Origin: Tubiluchus corallicola
Taxonomy: Eukaryota > Animalia > Priapulida
Assembly (NCBI GenBank): GCA_030141605.1
Contig: JAQGDQ010001085.1
Span: 241-64,240, forward strand
Length of the DNA: 64,000 bases
Reading direction: 5' to 3'
This document shows positions 33,212 through 55,691 of this stretch, in pieces; position 1 is the first letter of the stretch, and each line of letters opens with the position of its first letter. Both the position numbers and the translations under genes were made by a program. The notes beneath the pieces were generated by a model that ran no database searches, was not told where the DNA came from, and was given only the letters and a program-made list of their open reading frames with translations.

Positions 33212-36200
33212 ATGATATCATTCAGGTAAGTGTATTTTTAGTCATCATTAGTCATTTTAGTCATTTATTTCTCACAACACACTAAAAGACTGCCAAACAT
33301 TAACAGTTGTTTCACGAGCACATTTTTAAGCACATGCAATGGATAAGTAGTTAAAACTTAAGCAAAATAGCAGCTTGTTTTTACTTTTATTTTCTTAAGC
33401 TGTGCTTAAAGTGCAACACTGCTAGCAGCCTTACTCCATAAGTTAGTGCTTTTAATCGCAATTCTGTACTACTTTCTTATTTTTTATGCTCAGTTTAACA
33501 ATAAATTGTTGTATTTGCATTTTTTTGCTTTTTTACAGACTGAATAGTAAATTAATTAAATTAAACTAAAATGTACACTGGCATTAATTATAGGCCTACA
33601 TTAAACAAAAAATTCCCACTGTTAAAAAACCAGAAACATGGAAACAGAAGAAAGAAAGCTTTCTTCTTTTTCATTGTTTTTTAAATGTGGGGTTTTTATT
33701 CATTGTGACTATTTTTGTCATAGAGAATTAATCTGCGTTATAGACCTGCATTAGTGTGACTAATTTAATGACTGAAAACCGTTTTATTCAAGTAAACTGG
33801 CCTATTTTTCAACTTTTAAAAATCGGGATCCACAAAAATACTAAAATTATTGAACTAACGCAAATTTCACTGATTTACTTGCTAAAACAAGTTATATGTC
33901 GAACTTACAATTAGTCCACAACCATTTATAATTGAGATCCATTGGTGGATCGTGCATTGAGTCCGGAAATTGCTGTAGAATATATGTCGGATCGCATTAT
34001 GTTGGGTAACAGTTGTGCTGGATCACGTGTAACTGAGCTAAAATGCTCACTTGTTTTTGTATTTTTTGCAGGAGAGCTACACTTGATGACTATGAAGGCG
34101 TATACAGAATTATCCCAAATAACTACGATGGAGCAGATTCGTTACATCGTAGAGAATACTTCCAGTTTTTGTTGACACGACCGTATAATTTTGCCTGTGT
34201 AGCAGAACTAAATAATCAAGCAGTGAGTTAAATATATCCATAATAACTGCTAACTGCGGGATTTGTAATGATTTTGTAACAGTCGAAACTACTTAGGGAG
34301 GCTGTGGAGTGTCAATAATAACACAAACAGTAACGTTGTTTCTAATTTCAAGAACAAAATAGGTGCAAAATAAGAACTCAATATCTGTACAATCGGGGTC
34401 GGTCCTTTCCACCTATTCATGTACACTTCATTAGTAGAATAGTTCATTGCACTGACATTAAAACAAGATATAGCTCAGCATTTCACAGAAAAGTAAGTGA
34501 CAAAAACAAGACGACACATCTTGCTGACTTATTTATGGCAAAACACAGTTTGTTTGTCAGTAAAGAGAAGAGTTTTTCAGCTTCAAATTTGCCCCAATAG
34601 TTTAAAGCCTCATAATATTTCTTTAAGTGCTACAGTATGTGTTGCTGCCAGAGCGCACATCTAGAGCCCCTTTCTGCCCGACTAAAATGTTCAGCACATT
34701 GGACTACGTGACACCCTTTATAATAGTCACACACTGTAAAAAGTCTATCTGCAATAAACTGTCTCAGAAAAATGCTCAGCACCCAACAGAATTTGTTTGA
34801 AACAAACCAAATTGTGTCTAGGTCTAGGTAACCTCAGCAAACAATTGTTAGACAACACCATCAACACGTGACCAAAATTGCTTTTTTTATCTGACTTGTT
34901 TGATTTTATCTGAGACTGATTTTTGTCCGAGTTTGCAAACAAGAGCAGGATAAGTTTGTCTGGGTCAGAAAATTAAGCTCATTAGTAAAAATTCGAAATC
35001 CGTGTTGGACAAAATTGGTAAAACAACGGACAAAAAGCCTGCACAGGCAAAAATCTGTCCCAGACTCAGTTGAGACAGCAGTATGCCTCCATTTGCACCG
35101 TGTGTTAAGTGCTTTTAGATTAGAAACTTGTAGGAAGCATGTTTCACATGTGACGGAGCCACATCTGGATTATAATGCATTTAAACCCTTCACACTGTTA
35201 CACATTGTGTTAAATATGGATGCATTTCACTTTGGTCATTCCTAGACGCAGAACTACTACCTGCCGCTAAATTAAATTTTCCTATTTGGCTGATTATGTG
35301 TGAAAGTCTTTTTGGTTTGCCATTAACTAAAGCTTCGCTCGCTTTAAATCAAGAGATACCCGCAAATTAGGTACAAATATGAATGAGTTAGAAAGTTATA
35401 TAACATAACTGAGAACGTTACTGAGGTTGGAATTTGTTGGTATTATCTCATAATGATACGTTCCATAATAATTACAAAAAAACAGTCTTAATTATGATAA
35501 TTAATTTAATTATTTTGCATAGGTTGCTTTTATGATTGGGACTATATTAGACGATGGCGAAACGTTAATTACTCGCTTTACTCGAGTTAAACCGGAGCTG
35601 CGAGAACGAAAAATTAGTCAAAACATAGGTTTGTATCTCATGCAGCAACTCCGTCCCTGGGAACAAGGAATAAAACAACACATCTACACAAATGCAGCTT
35701 TTGGACCTGTTCCAATTCCCAGAAGAAATGCAACGTGTATAGTTAACCAGGTATTGTTTCGTTTATATCCGTTATCAGTAAAACTTACCTGAACTTTGCT
35801 GTGTGAGCTGCATGTGGCTCTAGACTGTACTCACCATCCTCACGTAACTCCAATAACTTTTATGGATGAATATAAAGTTAACATAACTGTCAGTGTAAAT
35901 TGGTTTTCAATAGCTTAGGATACTTAAACGTATAAACTCGAGTACATATTTTTAATTCATTAACTACATGTAATTTTACTTACTAACATCTACTGATTTA
36001 TCTTTTTGTGTTGCGTGAAATGCCTATATGTGGACACTGAACGATTTATAGGCCTAAACTAAAATAAAAATTGAAATTGAAATAGTTACGACGCCCATGT
36101 CAAAAACTGCAATTTATAAAGTCTATAACATTTAACAATGGTTTTTTGTTTTTACGACGATGTAAATAGACAGATAGAAAAAAAGAGATAGACAGATTAG

Positions 36201-36302
36201 ATAGATTGATGGATGGATGGATGGATGGATGGATGGATGGACGGACGGACGGACGGACGGACGGACGGACGGACGGACGGACAGGCAGACAGACAGACAG
36301 GC

Positions 36303-36385
<83 letters not shown>

Positions 36386-36398
36386 TAGACAGATAGAC

Positions 36399-36497
<99 letters not shown>

Positions 36498-36531
36498 CAG
36501 ATAGATAGATAGATAGATTAGATAGATAAAT

Positions 36532-36574
<43 letters not shown>

Positions 36575-36706
36575 CAGATTAATTGAAATGATTGATTGAT
36601 TGATTTTTTGATTGACTGACTGATTGATTGATTGACTGACTGACTGACTGACTGACTGACTGACTGACTGACTGACTGACTGACTGACTGACTGACTGAC
36701 TGACTG

Positions 36707-36747
<41 letters not shown>

Positions 36748-36884
36748 CTGACTGACTGACTGACTGACTGACTGACTGACTGACTGACTGACTGACTGAC
36801 TGACTGACTGACTGACTGACTGACTGACTGACTGACTGACTGACTGACTGACTGACTGACTGACTGACTGACTGACTGACTGAC

Positions 36885-36975
<91 letters not shown>

Positions 36976-37812
36976 CTGATTGCTCAATTGAATGATAGAC
37001 AGACAGACAGATAAACAGCCAAACAGACAGACAGAGAGAGAGAGAAAGAGAAAGAGAAAGAAAAGGAGAGGGGGGAGAATGTAATGTTTAAAATAACATA
37101 ATAATGGGCAATAAGATGCTGTTAATAGCGTAGCATAACAATCATAATTGCAAGCTGGCTTTATTCAGTTTAATATTTTTTATTTTAATTGCAGGCAGCT
37201 TTGATATATAAAATTACTGAAACTGCAGAAATCCTTCGGTACTGCAAAACTCTGGCGAGACAGGTAACTAGCATCAAAGAAATCGTAGATGATAAACAAA
37301 AACGAGAAATTCTTTCATCACAAGAACTTGCTCAGAGACTGTATGGAGGGAATCGAATAGTCATCGGTTTGATACCATACAAAGTCATGGCTGAGAACTA
37401 TGACATGATAATGGAAAATGAAAATCCACTTATCATGGCTGAAACTGAAAATGGGCGTTATTCATCAGTTAGCTTCGGCGTTATGGACTGGTCAAGATTT
37501 ACCAACAAAATAGGAGCAAGAATCACAATATTTACCAAGGATCCTGACAAAGTTGTTGATCACTGTGTCATGCAAACTAAACACATAGCAGAAGCACATC
37601 AGAATAAATTCATACGACTTTTTTTCCTGATGGATGCAAAGTTTCGTGCTGGATCTCAAGGAAAGGAAAAAATTAAGGAAACACTTAAACGTGAGCTTGG
37701 ACTCCCTTTTGATGAGCGTTTTCCTGACTTTCATTTAGTAACTCAGCAGATGAATGATTTCTTGCATGACACACCAGAGCAAATCTACGTCGGAAACAAG
37801 TCAAACTTGTAA
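33212..37812 (+). CDS. NAT16/HISAT-like GNAT acyltransferase, paralog D (336 aa)
   Basis: Exons 33212-33225, 34072-34222, 35523-35750, 37195-37812; intact frame and splice sites. Confidence 0.87.
36186..37077. repeat. Compound microsatellite (GATG, GACG, GACA, GATA, GATT, GACT) in NAT-D intron 3
   Basis: Direct reading. Confidence 0.97.
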
Positions 37813-40668
37813 CAAACAAAACTGAAGTCTGCAATTAGAATGAACTGAAAGTCGAAGACATAAAATTTCTATACTTATAATTTAGAGACATCTATAGTTT
37901 TTTTAAGTCCACATACTTCAGATGAGAGGGTTAATTCGATTATAGGCAATAATATGATTTTAAAGTTTTTATTCATTGCAATATTCATCTTTACATTCTA
38001 TGAAAAGCTTCGCTGTACAGTATAAGAATAGGGGCCCGAATACCAAGTACATCAAGGTGCACTAGTAGCTGTGCATGGCAAATTCCATTATAGGCCTTAA
38101 TATTCTTTGTTTCACCTGCAATATTTATTTTTCTTACTAACAGAAATTATATTTGAAATTTACACGAAATCTGTAGACACAAAGATTACAGGCCAATTAG
38201 ATAGAATCTACAGTTCTACATATTCAACATTATGGCTCGAACTAACCATCGCCCTGTGTCCTTGATCCTTTAGCCCAGGTTAAAGCCCCTAACCCAGGGG
38301 TCTATCCTACGACTTTCGCTCACCACAATCCTCTGCATTTCAGAGTTGACATGAATCTTGACATGAATCTTTAATTGTGTCTACAATCACAACAACAACA
38401 GCAGCAGAAGCAGCGACAGCGACAACAACAACAGCAACAGCAAAAACAACAACTATAGCGGCGGCAACAACAACAATAACAGGACTGCAGAACTTGATAC
38501 TTATTCCCATTAGAATGCGTCCAATTAGATCTTTACGTGAAGATTTTTACTCAATAAATGCGGTCAGCAAACACAAAGAGGTGCTTGACAATGATAAAGT
38601 CGTAAAAATGCTGATGTTTATAAAACACTAAACTCTGAACTGTGCAACCTCAGCCCTTCCATCCAGGCCCATTTAACAAAACATAGCATTTTATATTAGC
38701 AGGATGGAATAAGGCATATAACCATGCACTTATGTAGAGAAAGCACCAAATTTGGCTACAATGCGTATAATTCGAACATTGGACTTGGAAAACTGACTCA
38801 CACTCCAAGCGCTCAGTGAATTTCTATTTCTGACTGTGACCATCCAGCAGCTGCCATCCACTGTCCAGTCAGAACGTCAAACTAGGCGCCCTAATTTGAG
38901 CTTCACAAATTTAGTACATGTTTTTAATACGATTAACATTTTGATTGTGTAAATATGGAATATTGATTTCACAAAAATTTTAGAACAAGAGTTCGAAACA
39001 ACATTTTCCATGAATTAAAAATACGTGACATTTATAAATTTTGTTGAAAGCCATGGACAAGGTGGCATTGATTACTATGTAATTAAATTTTACCATCATC
39101 ACATGTGACTGGACTGACAGTATAATGGATGTTGCAAACTGTATTGTATGTATGAATGTATTGTGTGTATGAGCACACCATGTGTATTGGCGTTGTGTTA
39201 TTTACATTTAACCAATAAACTGTGTACGTAACGTTAAGTGGGCGCACAACAATTGCTGCTTTTTACAATTGCTTTTTTTAGTAGTTAGTTTACTGTGACT
39301 GAATAAAGTAGACTATGTGACTTGGTCTGAGATACACAATAATTTTGTTCAGACACAGGTACACATCAGAAGCACGCAAAACGCTGGTTGGACAACTATA
39401 GTATTCCTTTGACTAACTGCATTGCAGCATCACAAAGAATATTGAGCCTTTTCACAGTTTTGTTTCATTGTGACAGGCCCGGTTGCTGCAGGCCAAAAGT
39501 TAGATGAACTACAGCAGCGCATCTTAATTACAACCGTCACGTGACATATGTGCAAAGCAAAGCTGTCTGTCGCATCAGTTCAGAAACTTCAGCTGTTTTA
39601 TGTGGACTTTACTAATTTATGCATTAGTCTGTGCATAGAGTGATTTACTAGCACGATTTAGCTTGGCAACGAAAAAAAATGAACTAGGTACAAGGTTGTA
39701 GCTAGCTGTTAAAACTGGTAATACATGTATTACAATGCCTTGTGCTGGGAGGCGTTGTCAAGTGTACACAATTGCATCGTCTGATACGCCTAATCCTTGA
39801 CCTTTGCACGATCATCAGCAATCGCTGGTGCTATGAAAAGGCTTATTCAAACAATTCCAACAGGTTCTTGAAAAATGTCAAAATTATTAGCATTAAAGAT
39901 GTGAAACATTCTGCTTTTCGCAGTGGAAGTTTGCGTGCATTATTCTGCATCTAAAATACCCAGAGATTAAAGTCTGAATCCAAGTAATAAAGCTTCAATT
40001 TAAAAAATCTCAGAAAAACGTTAAAGGGAAGGGAAATAACCTGAACTCTAAGATACTGAACAAAAGGTGGCTGTTTTCATAGAGTTGTCAAAAGTACAAG
40101 TCATGTATTGCCAGTTAATAACAGATTTAAAATATTTTCTGTGTTATTACTTTAATTGTTTGTGCTAGTTAAATATATTGTGACTTAATTGAATATTTTT
40201 TTTTAATTGCCCAACTTTCTTTCCTAGCCAAAACTGTGACTTTTTTCCTTGTCATTATAAATTAATAGTTATCGCTCCTGTGTGTTTTCACATTTTTAAA
40301 AAATACTTTAAAATTGTGAGTTTTTTCGTTGACTTTCTTCCTGTGACTTTATTACCAGTCATCTGAATGCTTGATGGAGCTAGGCGACAATTCTGAAAGG
40401 GTCTTGCCCTATCTATTAGTTCTTGCGATTTATTAACGTACTTCACCCTCACCAGTGCTCATGTGATGCTTGACTAAGTCTTGCTTAAACATACAGATAT
40501 AGTTATGATCTTATCTTGGCAGACAGTGATAAAGTTCAAAAGTGTTATACAATTATCTAAGTCGTAACAGCGATGTAATTTGCTTGACTGGAATTATAGC
40601 AAAAGCTTTCAGCCAAATCTTATCAAAATAAGTTAATAATTATCGGAGAAACAAAGACATAGGAACCA

Positions 40669-45267
<4,599 letters not shown>

Positions 45268-46359
45268 CAAACGAAACTGAAGTCTGCAATTAGAATGAAC
45301 TGAAAGTCGAAGACATAAAATTTCTATACTTATAATTTAGAGACATCTATAGTTTTTTTAAGTCCACATACTTCAGATGAGAGGGATAATTCGATTATAG
45401 GCAATAATATGATTTTAAAGTTTTTATTCATTACAATATCCATCTTTACAATTCTATGAAAAACTTCGCTGTATAAGAACAGGCCTATATTAGTGGGCCT
45501 AAATGTACTTGGCAAAATGCCATTATAGGCCTTAATATTGTTTGTTTCACCTACAATATTTATTTTTGTCACTAACGGAAATTATATTTGAAAACTACGC
45601 GAAATCTGTAAAGATAATCAGACTGATCTGATTTGATTTTGACAATGATAAGCAAAGATCACAGGCCATTGTACAGTAACCGATTAATGATTTAAATTTT
45701 AGTGTAAGCAACTTTCAGTAGCGCAACACATTCCAGATGCAGTGGGACGAGACGCATTAGAAAGTTATATTTACTTTGCAAACAAGTATTTATTGTGAAT
45801 TCGTAAATTTTGCTTTACATGTAATGTTAAAATAAATTTACTATTAATTGTTTAAATGTTCTGTTTGGAAAAGCGTCACATATTATACATATAAATTATA
45901 TCTATTGGGTCTTTGTTTACTTTACTGTCCAAGACGCAAATAGCGGAAATTTCTAACATATCACTTCATTTCGTTTCTGGAGTCACACGTCTTCTAAAAA
46001 GACACTTGTAAAATCAGCCAGCATTCATGAAAAATTCCACCATTACCACTAGTATTAGAATATGCAGCTAACGTTAATCGTCACGTGAATTTAAAAGCCG
46101 CTCGTGCGTACACGTGACATATATGAGTGTACCGTCTGTACTGGCGTTGTGTTATTTACATTTGCTAAGTAAAACCGTATACATAATATTAGATGGGCGT
46201 ATTGTTTACAATAGCAAAAGTTAATAATCTTTCACTCGCTTAGTTTGCACTAGTATCTTATTTTTGACTATAATAGTGCTGCTTTTTACAATCATTTTAG
46301 CAGTTGGTTTACTGTGACTGTTTAAAAAGTAGACTCTTTGACTTGGCCAGAGATGCACA

Positions 46360-49300
46360 ATGATTTCGTTCAGGTACAGGCATTTTATTACATTAAAGTT
46401 TCATTCAGTTAATACGTTCATTTCAGGCAGCCCAGAAATGTACAGATTTGACATTATTTTGATTCTACTGCATTTATTTATTTAACTTATTTGTGTACTT
46501 ACTTGTGGTTCTTACTTATGGTTCTTTTTTATTAATATTACTGTATCACAGCGATGTAAATGACGTGTGGCGCATGGATTATGGGTAAACCATGTACTTC
46601 CAATATTGGACGGTAATATCCTATATTGTACCACCATGGTGACAATATTTTCTGAATATAATTCTTGTCAAGATTCTTACAAGATCGTGACCATATGGTG
46701 AACAATATTGTATGTTGCGAAAAAAGCCTGCGATTAAAATTTCAAATTCAAAAGTACGTAGGCCTAATAGAAATGCCTATTTCACAATTTTGCCTATTAT
46801 GTTACTGATCAGATCATGGGCGTCGCCAGAGTTTAAAAAATTTGATGAACAAGTAGCCCCCGCCACCAACACATTTTCCTGTATTTAAACACATTTTGGG
46901 CGCCTGAAATGAGATCTAAATTCTGGTGGTAAATGGACTTCATCAAACGTGAAAAATTCTGGTTTAATAAACATATTTTCCTCACATTTACCTAGGTAAT
47001 ATTCATTGTATTCTATTGTAGTAGTCATAAAAGCAAGTTCGTAAAGCAAGTTTGCAACACACTGCAATGCAGATGACCCATTACTTAAGCTTAATTTATT
47101 TAGTGTCAAGATTATCTATCCAGCAAAATGTGGATAGTCAAACATAAAACTGATTTGAGACTGTTACGTTTACAGCCCGCCCACTGTTCATACAAAATTT
47201 AGCAAGTTTGCGTGCGTGCTAATTTTTCCCACCCGAACACTTTTTTGCACATATTAGGATAATAGGAGTTAATAGTATACTATGTGGAAACTATATTTGG
47301 AAGTTAGGTGTAGCATACGACTGTGCGGTCCTTAACGTGGCTTTTGCGAAATATTACTAACATGGCTGATTGTTGCAGCATGCTATAACGAAAACAGGTA
47401 AATGTAAGATGAAAACTGCACAAAATTAGTAAAACAGAAATAAAATCTGTCGCTTGACGAACTAATAACCTTGCTGCCTTTACTAAAATTATCAGGTTTT
47501 TTTTCAAAAGTTTGATTTTGCAGGAAAGCTGCAAGTGAAGACTTTGAAGACGTTTACAATATTAATACAAACATCTACCACGGGGCTGATTCGTTGTCTT
47601 GTACAGAGAATTTTCATTTCTTGTTGACAAGACCATACAATTTGGGATGCGTGGCAGTCTTACATGGGAAACTTGTAAGCGAATATTATATTTGCTTAGA
47701 TTATAGCAGCCTAGTCTGAGAGCAATAGGGCGTTACGACTGGAGTAATAGTGCTGCTGGTGTCATACCCGCAGCCCGTTCTGTTGCCCGAAATAACTAAG
47801 CTTTTTTGTTTTATTATACATTTCTAAAAATTTCCAATTATACTATCTTGTAAAAGTACAGTATTACTAATAAGACTGAACACATAGAAACAATACATTA
47901 TGTTACTTGGGCGCTTGTTAAAAACAACGTACGCGCAATGGTCAATCTATGCCTACTTTAAATGTACTATTGACTAGTTACATGATACTCATCATCACCA
48001 TCTCACCATCATCATTATCATCGTTCTCCTCCTCCTCCTCCTCCTCCTCCTCCTCCTCATCGTCATCATCATCATCATCATCGTCCTTCTCCTCCTCATC
48101 ATCATCATCATTGTCATCATCATCATCATTGTCACCTTCATCAAATTTGCATTCCATTTGGTGTAGACATTGAAGCACTACAATTTATTATAGCATTCCA
48201 CCAATCTACAGCTAACAGCGTAGGTTCTTCTGCTCTAAAAGCTACAGTAGCTTTTAGAATTACAAATGACGAATTGTAGAATTTGCCTGGAATTGCTAGC
48301 AGGCAATAGAATACATTTTAAACAGTAACAGTTCTAAATTCAGCCACATGACGCCTTTCTGACGAATTGTAGAATAAATTGTAGAATAATATAAACAAAA
48401 ATTGCATTAAAATCGTGTTACCCAGTGATGTGAATCACGAATAATCGAAATTCCGAAAAATAGTTGCAGCATTTTTGTGAATGACAGGCTTAATTATGGA
48501 CGGTTAATTAATATACGCCTGTTTGACAAGAAACATTCGAGATCGAAAACCATGCACTGTTACGGTAAACAAGTTTTTTTTGCATTACGTAGGTGGGATT
48601 TGTGTTAGCTACTATTATTGATGGAGGAGAAACAGTCATTACTCGTTTTGCTCGTGTAAAATCTGAACTGCGGGGACGTAGAATATATCATAACATGATC
48701 TTACATCTCATGCAGCAATTACGTCCTTGGGAACGAGGTATAAAGCAACACGTCTTCATAAATGGATCTTCTGGTCCCATCCCTGTTCCAAGAAGAAACA
48801 CCTTTTGCACAGCCAGACAGGTAAACTGAGCGTTTTCGGTGTACGGTTGTATGAAGATGCTAATGTGTAGATCTATTGGCAAAAGAAAAGTTTTCTTTGT
48901 GCATAAAGTCTGTTTGTGATCTTGATCAGGTCCATTGAGAAAATGAAAAGAAGAGACATACTACTCAATTCCTGTGAGTCAAATTCATGTGTCCCAAGTT
49001 CGCATGGTAGCTAATCAGTATCAAACACCTTAATAGCTGATAGTTGGATCACAGATTAGGTAACAGAACATCCTTGTAGGCTTATTATAGAACCCTACTT
49101 TGCGGCTGGTCATGTAAGCAAACTTTTTATCACCGGAAATGGCCTTACATACATTCCTGTTGCAGTTACATGAACTGCTCAACAGTTGTACAGTGTTTTT
49201 ATGACCGAAATGTGATTAGGTAGAAAAAGAATAGATCACTGTGATTCTGTCAATAATAATTATTAGCTTATAAAGACTTGATTAGTTTATCGTTCCTAAC

Positions 49301-50320
49301 GGTCCATTTATTTATTTATTTATGCTAAATATTTATGCCATTACGAATTTGAAACAGAGTATTTTACAGCACAAAACATAAGCTTACTAGAGCTTCTGGT
49401 TTTCTCAAATATTTTGCGGTCTACAATTATTGAGTCGTAACCAATACTATTTTACCAACAACATAATAGGAGTTAAGTATAATCTATTCAGTTGTGATGG
49501 TCGTTTTTTTGATAGACTGGTCGTCGTTTAGTTATTTCCTAGAACTTATTTGTTGTGTTAATGTAAATCCCAAGTGAACGAATTCTCAAAACCAAATACT
49601 TGTTAAACTCCAATGTTAGTTATTAAAAACCATTAAAAGCAATTTAGAAGCATTTTAAAGTAAAACCGCTATACCTATGCGTTTTACAGTTTTATAAAAG
49701 AAATATTTTTCCCCGTAGGCACAACTACTGTGTGAGAACAAAGGGCCCGGGAAATTATCACCAGCCGTGCAGTTCTGCCAACTTTTATCCAAGAAATTGT
49801 AGAAGACGAACAAAAGCGTGAACTTCTCTCATCGCAAGAACTTGCTCACACACTTTATGTTGGAAATCGCATTGTCATTGGTTTGATACCATACAAAGTC
49901 ATGGCTGAAAACTATGACATGATAGTGGAAAATGAGGATCCACTTATCATGGCTGAAATTGAAAACGGACGTTATTCGTCTGTCAGTTTCAGCACCGTGG
50001 CGCGACTGCGCGACCTCAACAGCCTTTGTGCTAGAATTACAGCATTTACTACCGATCCAATAAAAGCTGCTGATCACTGTGTGTTACAGGTGAAACGTTT
50101 AGCTGAACTAAATCAAGACAAACAGCTGCGAATACGGTTTCTCCTGCACGAGAATTTTTCTACCCAGTTACCAGAAAGGAAAATAATTGAAGAAAAAATA
50201 CACACACAACTTGGTTTAACTTTCTGGGAGCGAGCTCCTGACCCTCACTTGGTTACCATGGAAATGAATGATTTTATGCGTGATGAACCAGTAGAAATTT
50301 TTACAGAAAAATTACAGTGA
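46360..50320 (+). pseudogene. NAT16/HISAT-like paralog F; 1-nt deletion early in exon 4 (pseudogene or assembly error)
   Basis: Exons 46360-46373 (ATGATTTCGTTCAG|gtacag, MISFR), 47524-47674, 48593-48820, 49719-50320. Exon 4 is 602 nt: the entry frame (AQLLCENK) stops at TAG 49800-49802, while the homologous frame (AREIITSRAVLPTFIQEIVEDEQKRE...) is offset by 1 nt within aacaaagggcccggg (49737-49751). Confidence 0.75.
47989..48142. repeat. (TCA)n/(TCC)n trinucleotide microsatellite
   Basis: Direct reading. Confidence 0.93.
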
Positions 50321-50809
50321 ATGCGAGCTCCATCTCTATCACCTTTGTCTTCACCGCCGTTGCCGTTGTCGTCCTCGTCATCATTGCCATCAACAGCATC
50401 AATATCATCATAATCATTGTTCAGAAAGTAAAATTTTGTAAACATGACGCAGTAAACAAGTACATCTCCATACAGACCCAATTTGTTCCAAGACATGGTT
50501 TTTGGCCAAGAAGCTGTAAAACCCTATCTGTTGTTTTTTTATAGTATTTATAATGAATTTAAGCATTATTGACAAAAATAAAATTGCTTATTTCGATATG
50601 CCTTTAATGCAATACTTTAATGTGTTTTAATATTTTTACGGTTATATTTGATTGTTTTGTCTCAGGTAGCAGAAGACCTGGGTTCGAGTCACAGTGGAGA
50701 TACAAAACTGTTAAAACAGCTAAAGATTCTGTAGGAAAAGAAATAATTTTTGCACGATCATGTAAACAACTACAGTATATATAGTATAACTCACTTAGCG
50801 CGTGTAAGA

Positions 50810-50924
<115 letters not shown>

Positions 50925-51679
50925 ATATTATTATGCGTTATATTTTGCAAGTGATGCAGTAAAAATGCTTACCATTATTATTGATTTTTAATTTTGATAA
51001 ATACACATCATTTAATTAACTTACTAATTAACTTAGTTAGTAATTTCGAGTTCACAGCTAGCTATAAGCATGTAATGAACTAAACATTCTAGGTCGGTTT
51101 CTTCTAAAGCATACCAAGCCTTCAATCAATACTGTGATAATTGTAATACTAATTAAATTGCTGCACTAGTTGCACTGATGATAAATATTGATATTTGATT
51201 AGATTTTGTGACTCAGTTCTGTTATTTACTATTTTTGTGACGCGTAACATATTTTTGAAATAAAATACTGTCATATCTTAATAAAATGTTAATGTAAACC
51301 TGCGACGACTTTTTCTGCTTCGTTTATTTTAAAAGTTACACATAAAATACCGAATTAAGGTGGAAAAACAGAAATTCAATTACCTGTTTTTAATTGTTAT
51401 ATGACATTTTACTGCATATGTCTAATTTAGTGATCAAAGCGATGATTCTTAAAAAATATTGCGAGGGTTAGGAATTACATAGATAGTAAAAATAGGCCTG
51501 CAACTTTAATATTGGTGCCCAATGCACGTACCAAGTCAGGAACCCACCAACCACTTACGTAAAGTTTGCTCAGTTCTTCACTGAATTGTGAATTTGCAAT
51601 TGCCAAGTGCATGGCTCTAGAAAAGTAGCATTATTATTAAAACAGCTTAAACTGTTTGATTTTCGTACAAGATTTAAAC

Positions 51680-51690
51680 TGCTGAGTCAT
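51680..51690 (-). promoter_or_regulatory. Candidate antioxidant response element (CNC/Nrf2-sMaf site) upstream of paralog G
   Basis: The minus strand reads ATGACTCAGCAGTTT, a full match to the ARE/NF-E2 consensus, about 535 bp upstream of ATG 52226. Motif match only. Confidence 0.3.
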
Positions 51691-52225
51691 GGTAGCTTAC
51701 GAATGATGCAAGGATTTTCAAGTCGTCGTGCGTCTGAGGAAGCTGCTGCTGATTTTTCAGCTATCCTGGCATGACGTGCGAGCTCTAATATTAAAAACAC
51801 CCTTTCTGTTCACAAAATAACTCGTCGCCACAGTGCAAATTATTGTTTTGGTCAAAGTGGTGCTTGGTTATCTGAATGTGACGGATGGTTTTCGAGACCT
51901 GCACATTTTTGTATAGTCAATTTGGCTTAATGGCGATACCTTTCCAGTACGTTTTACCAGAATTATTCACGTACCAAGCTATTATGTGTTAATGCTATAG
52001 TCACCTTTCAGGGGGCGTTACTTTTTATTTACTTCGGATTACTTTAACCTTTGGCCGCTGTACTTGTACGTCTTTCTGATAAGAATTTTTTAATTTATTG
52101 TGTGCTTAGTTTACTTTATGCAGATACCTCGGTAGATAAATACGTGCAGACGCGCAAGAGTAAACCAAAGCAGTTTTTGTTCGTGCATATTTGTGAACTG
52201 TGTGGCGGCCATTATTTTTTGAGCA

Positions 52226-55691
<3,466 letters not shown>

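Noticed and set aside
47362-47397. Alternative first exon for paralog F (ATG...AAACAG|gtaaat)
   Set aside because: The ATGs are out of frame and hit TAA; the MISFR exon at 46360 matches all paralogs.
49740-49757. GGGAAAT as a programmed -1 frameshift site rescuing paralog F
   Set aside because: The incoming frame reads GGG AAA, so the X XXY YYZ heptamer is in the wrong phase for the needed shift; a simple indel is more parsimonious.
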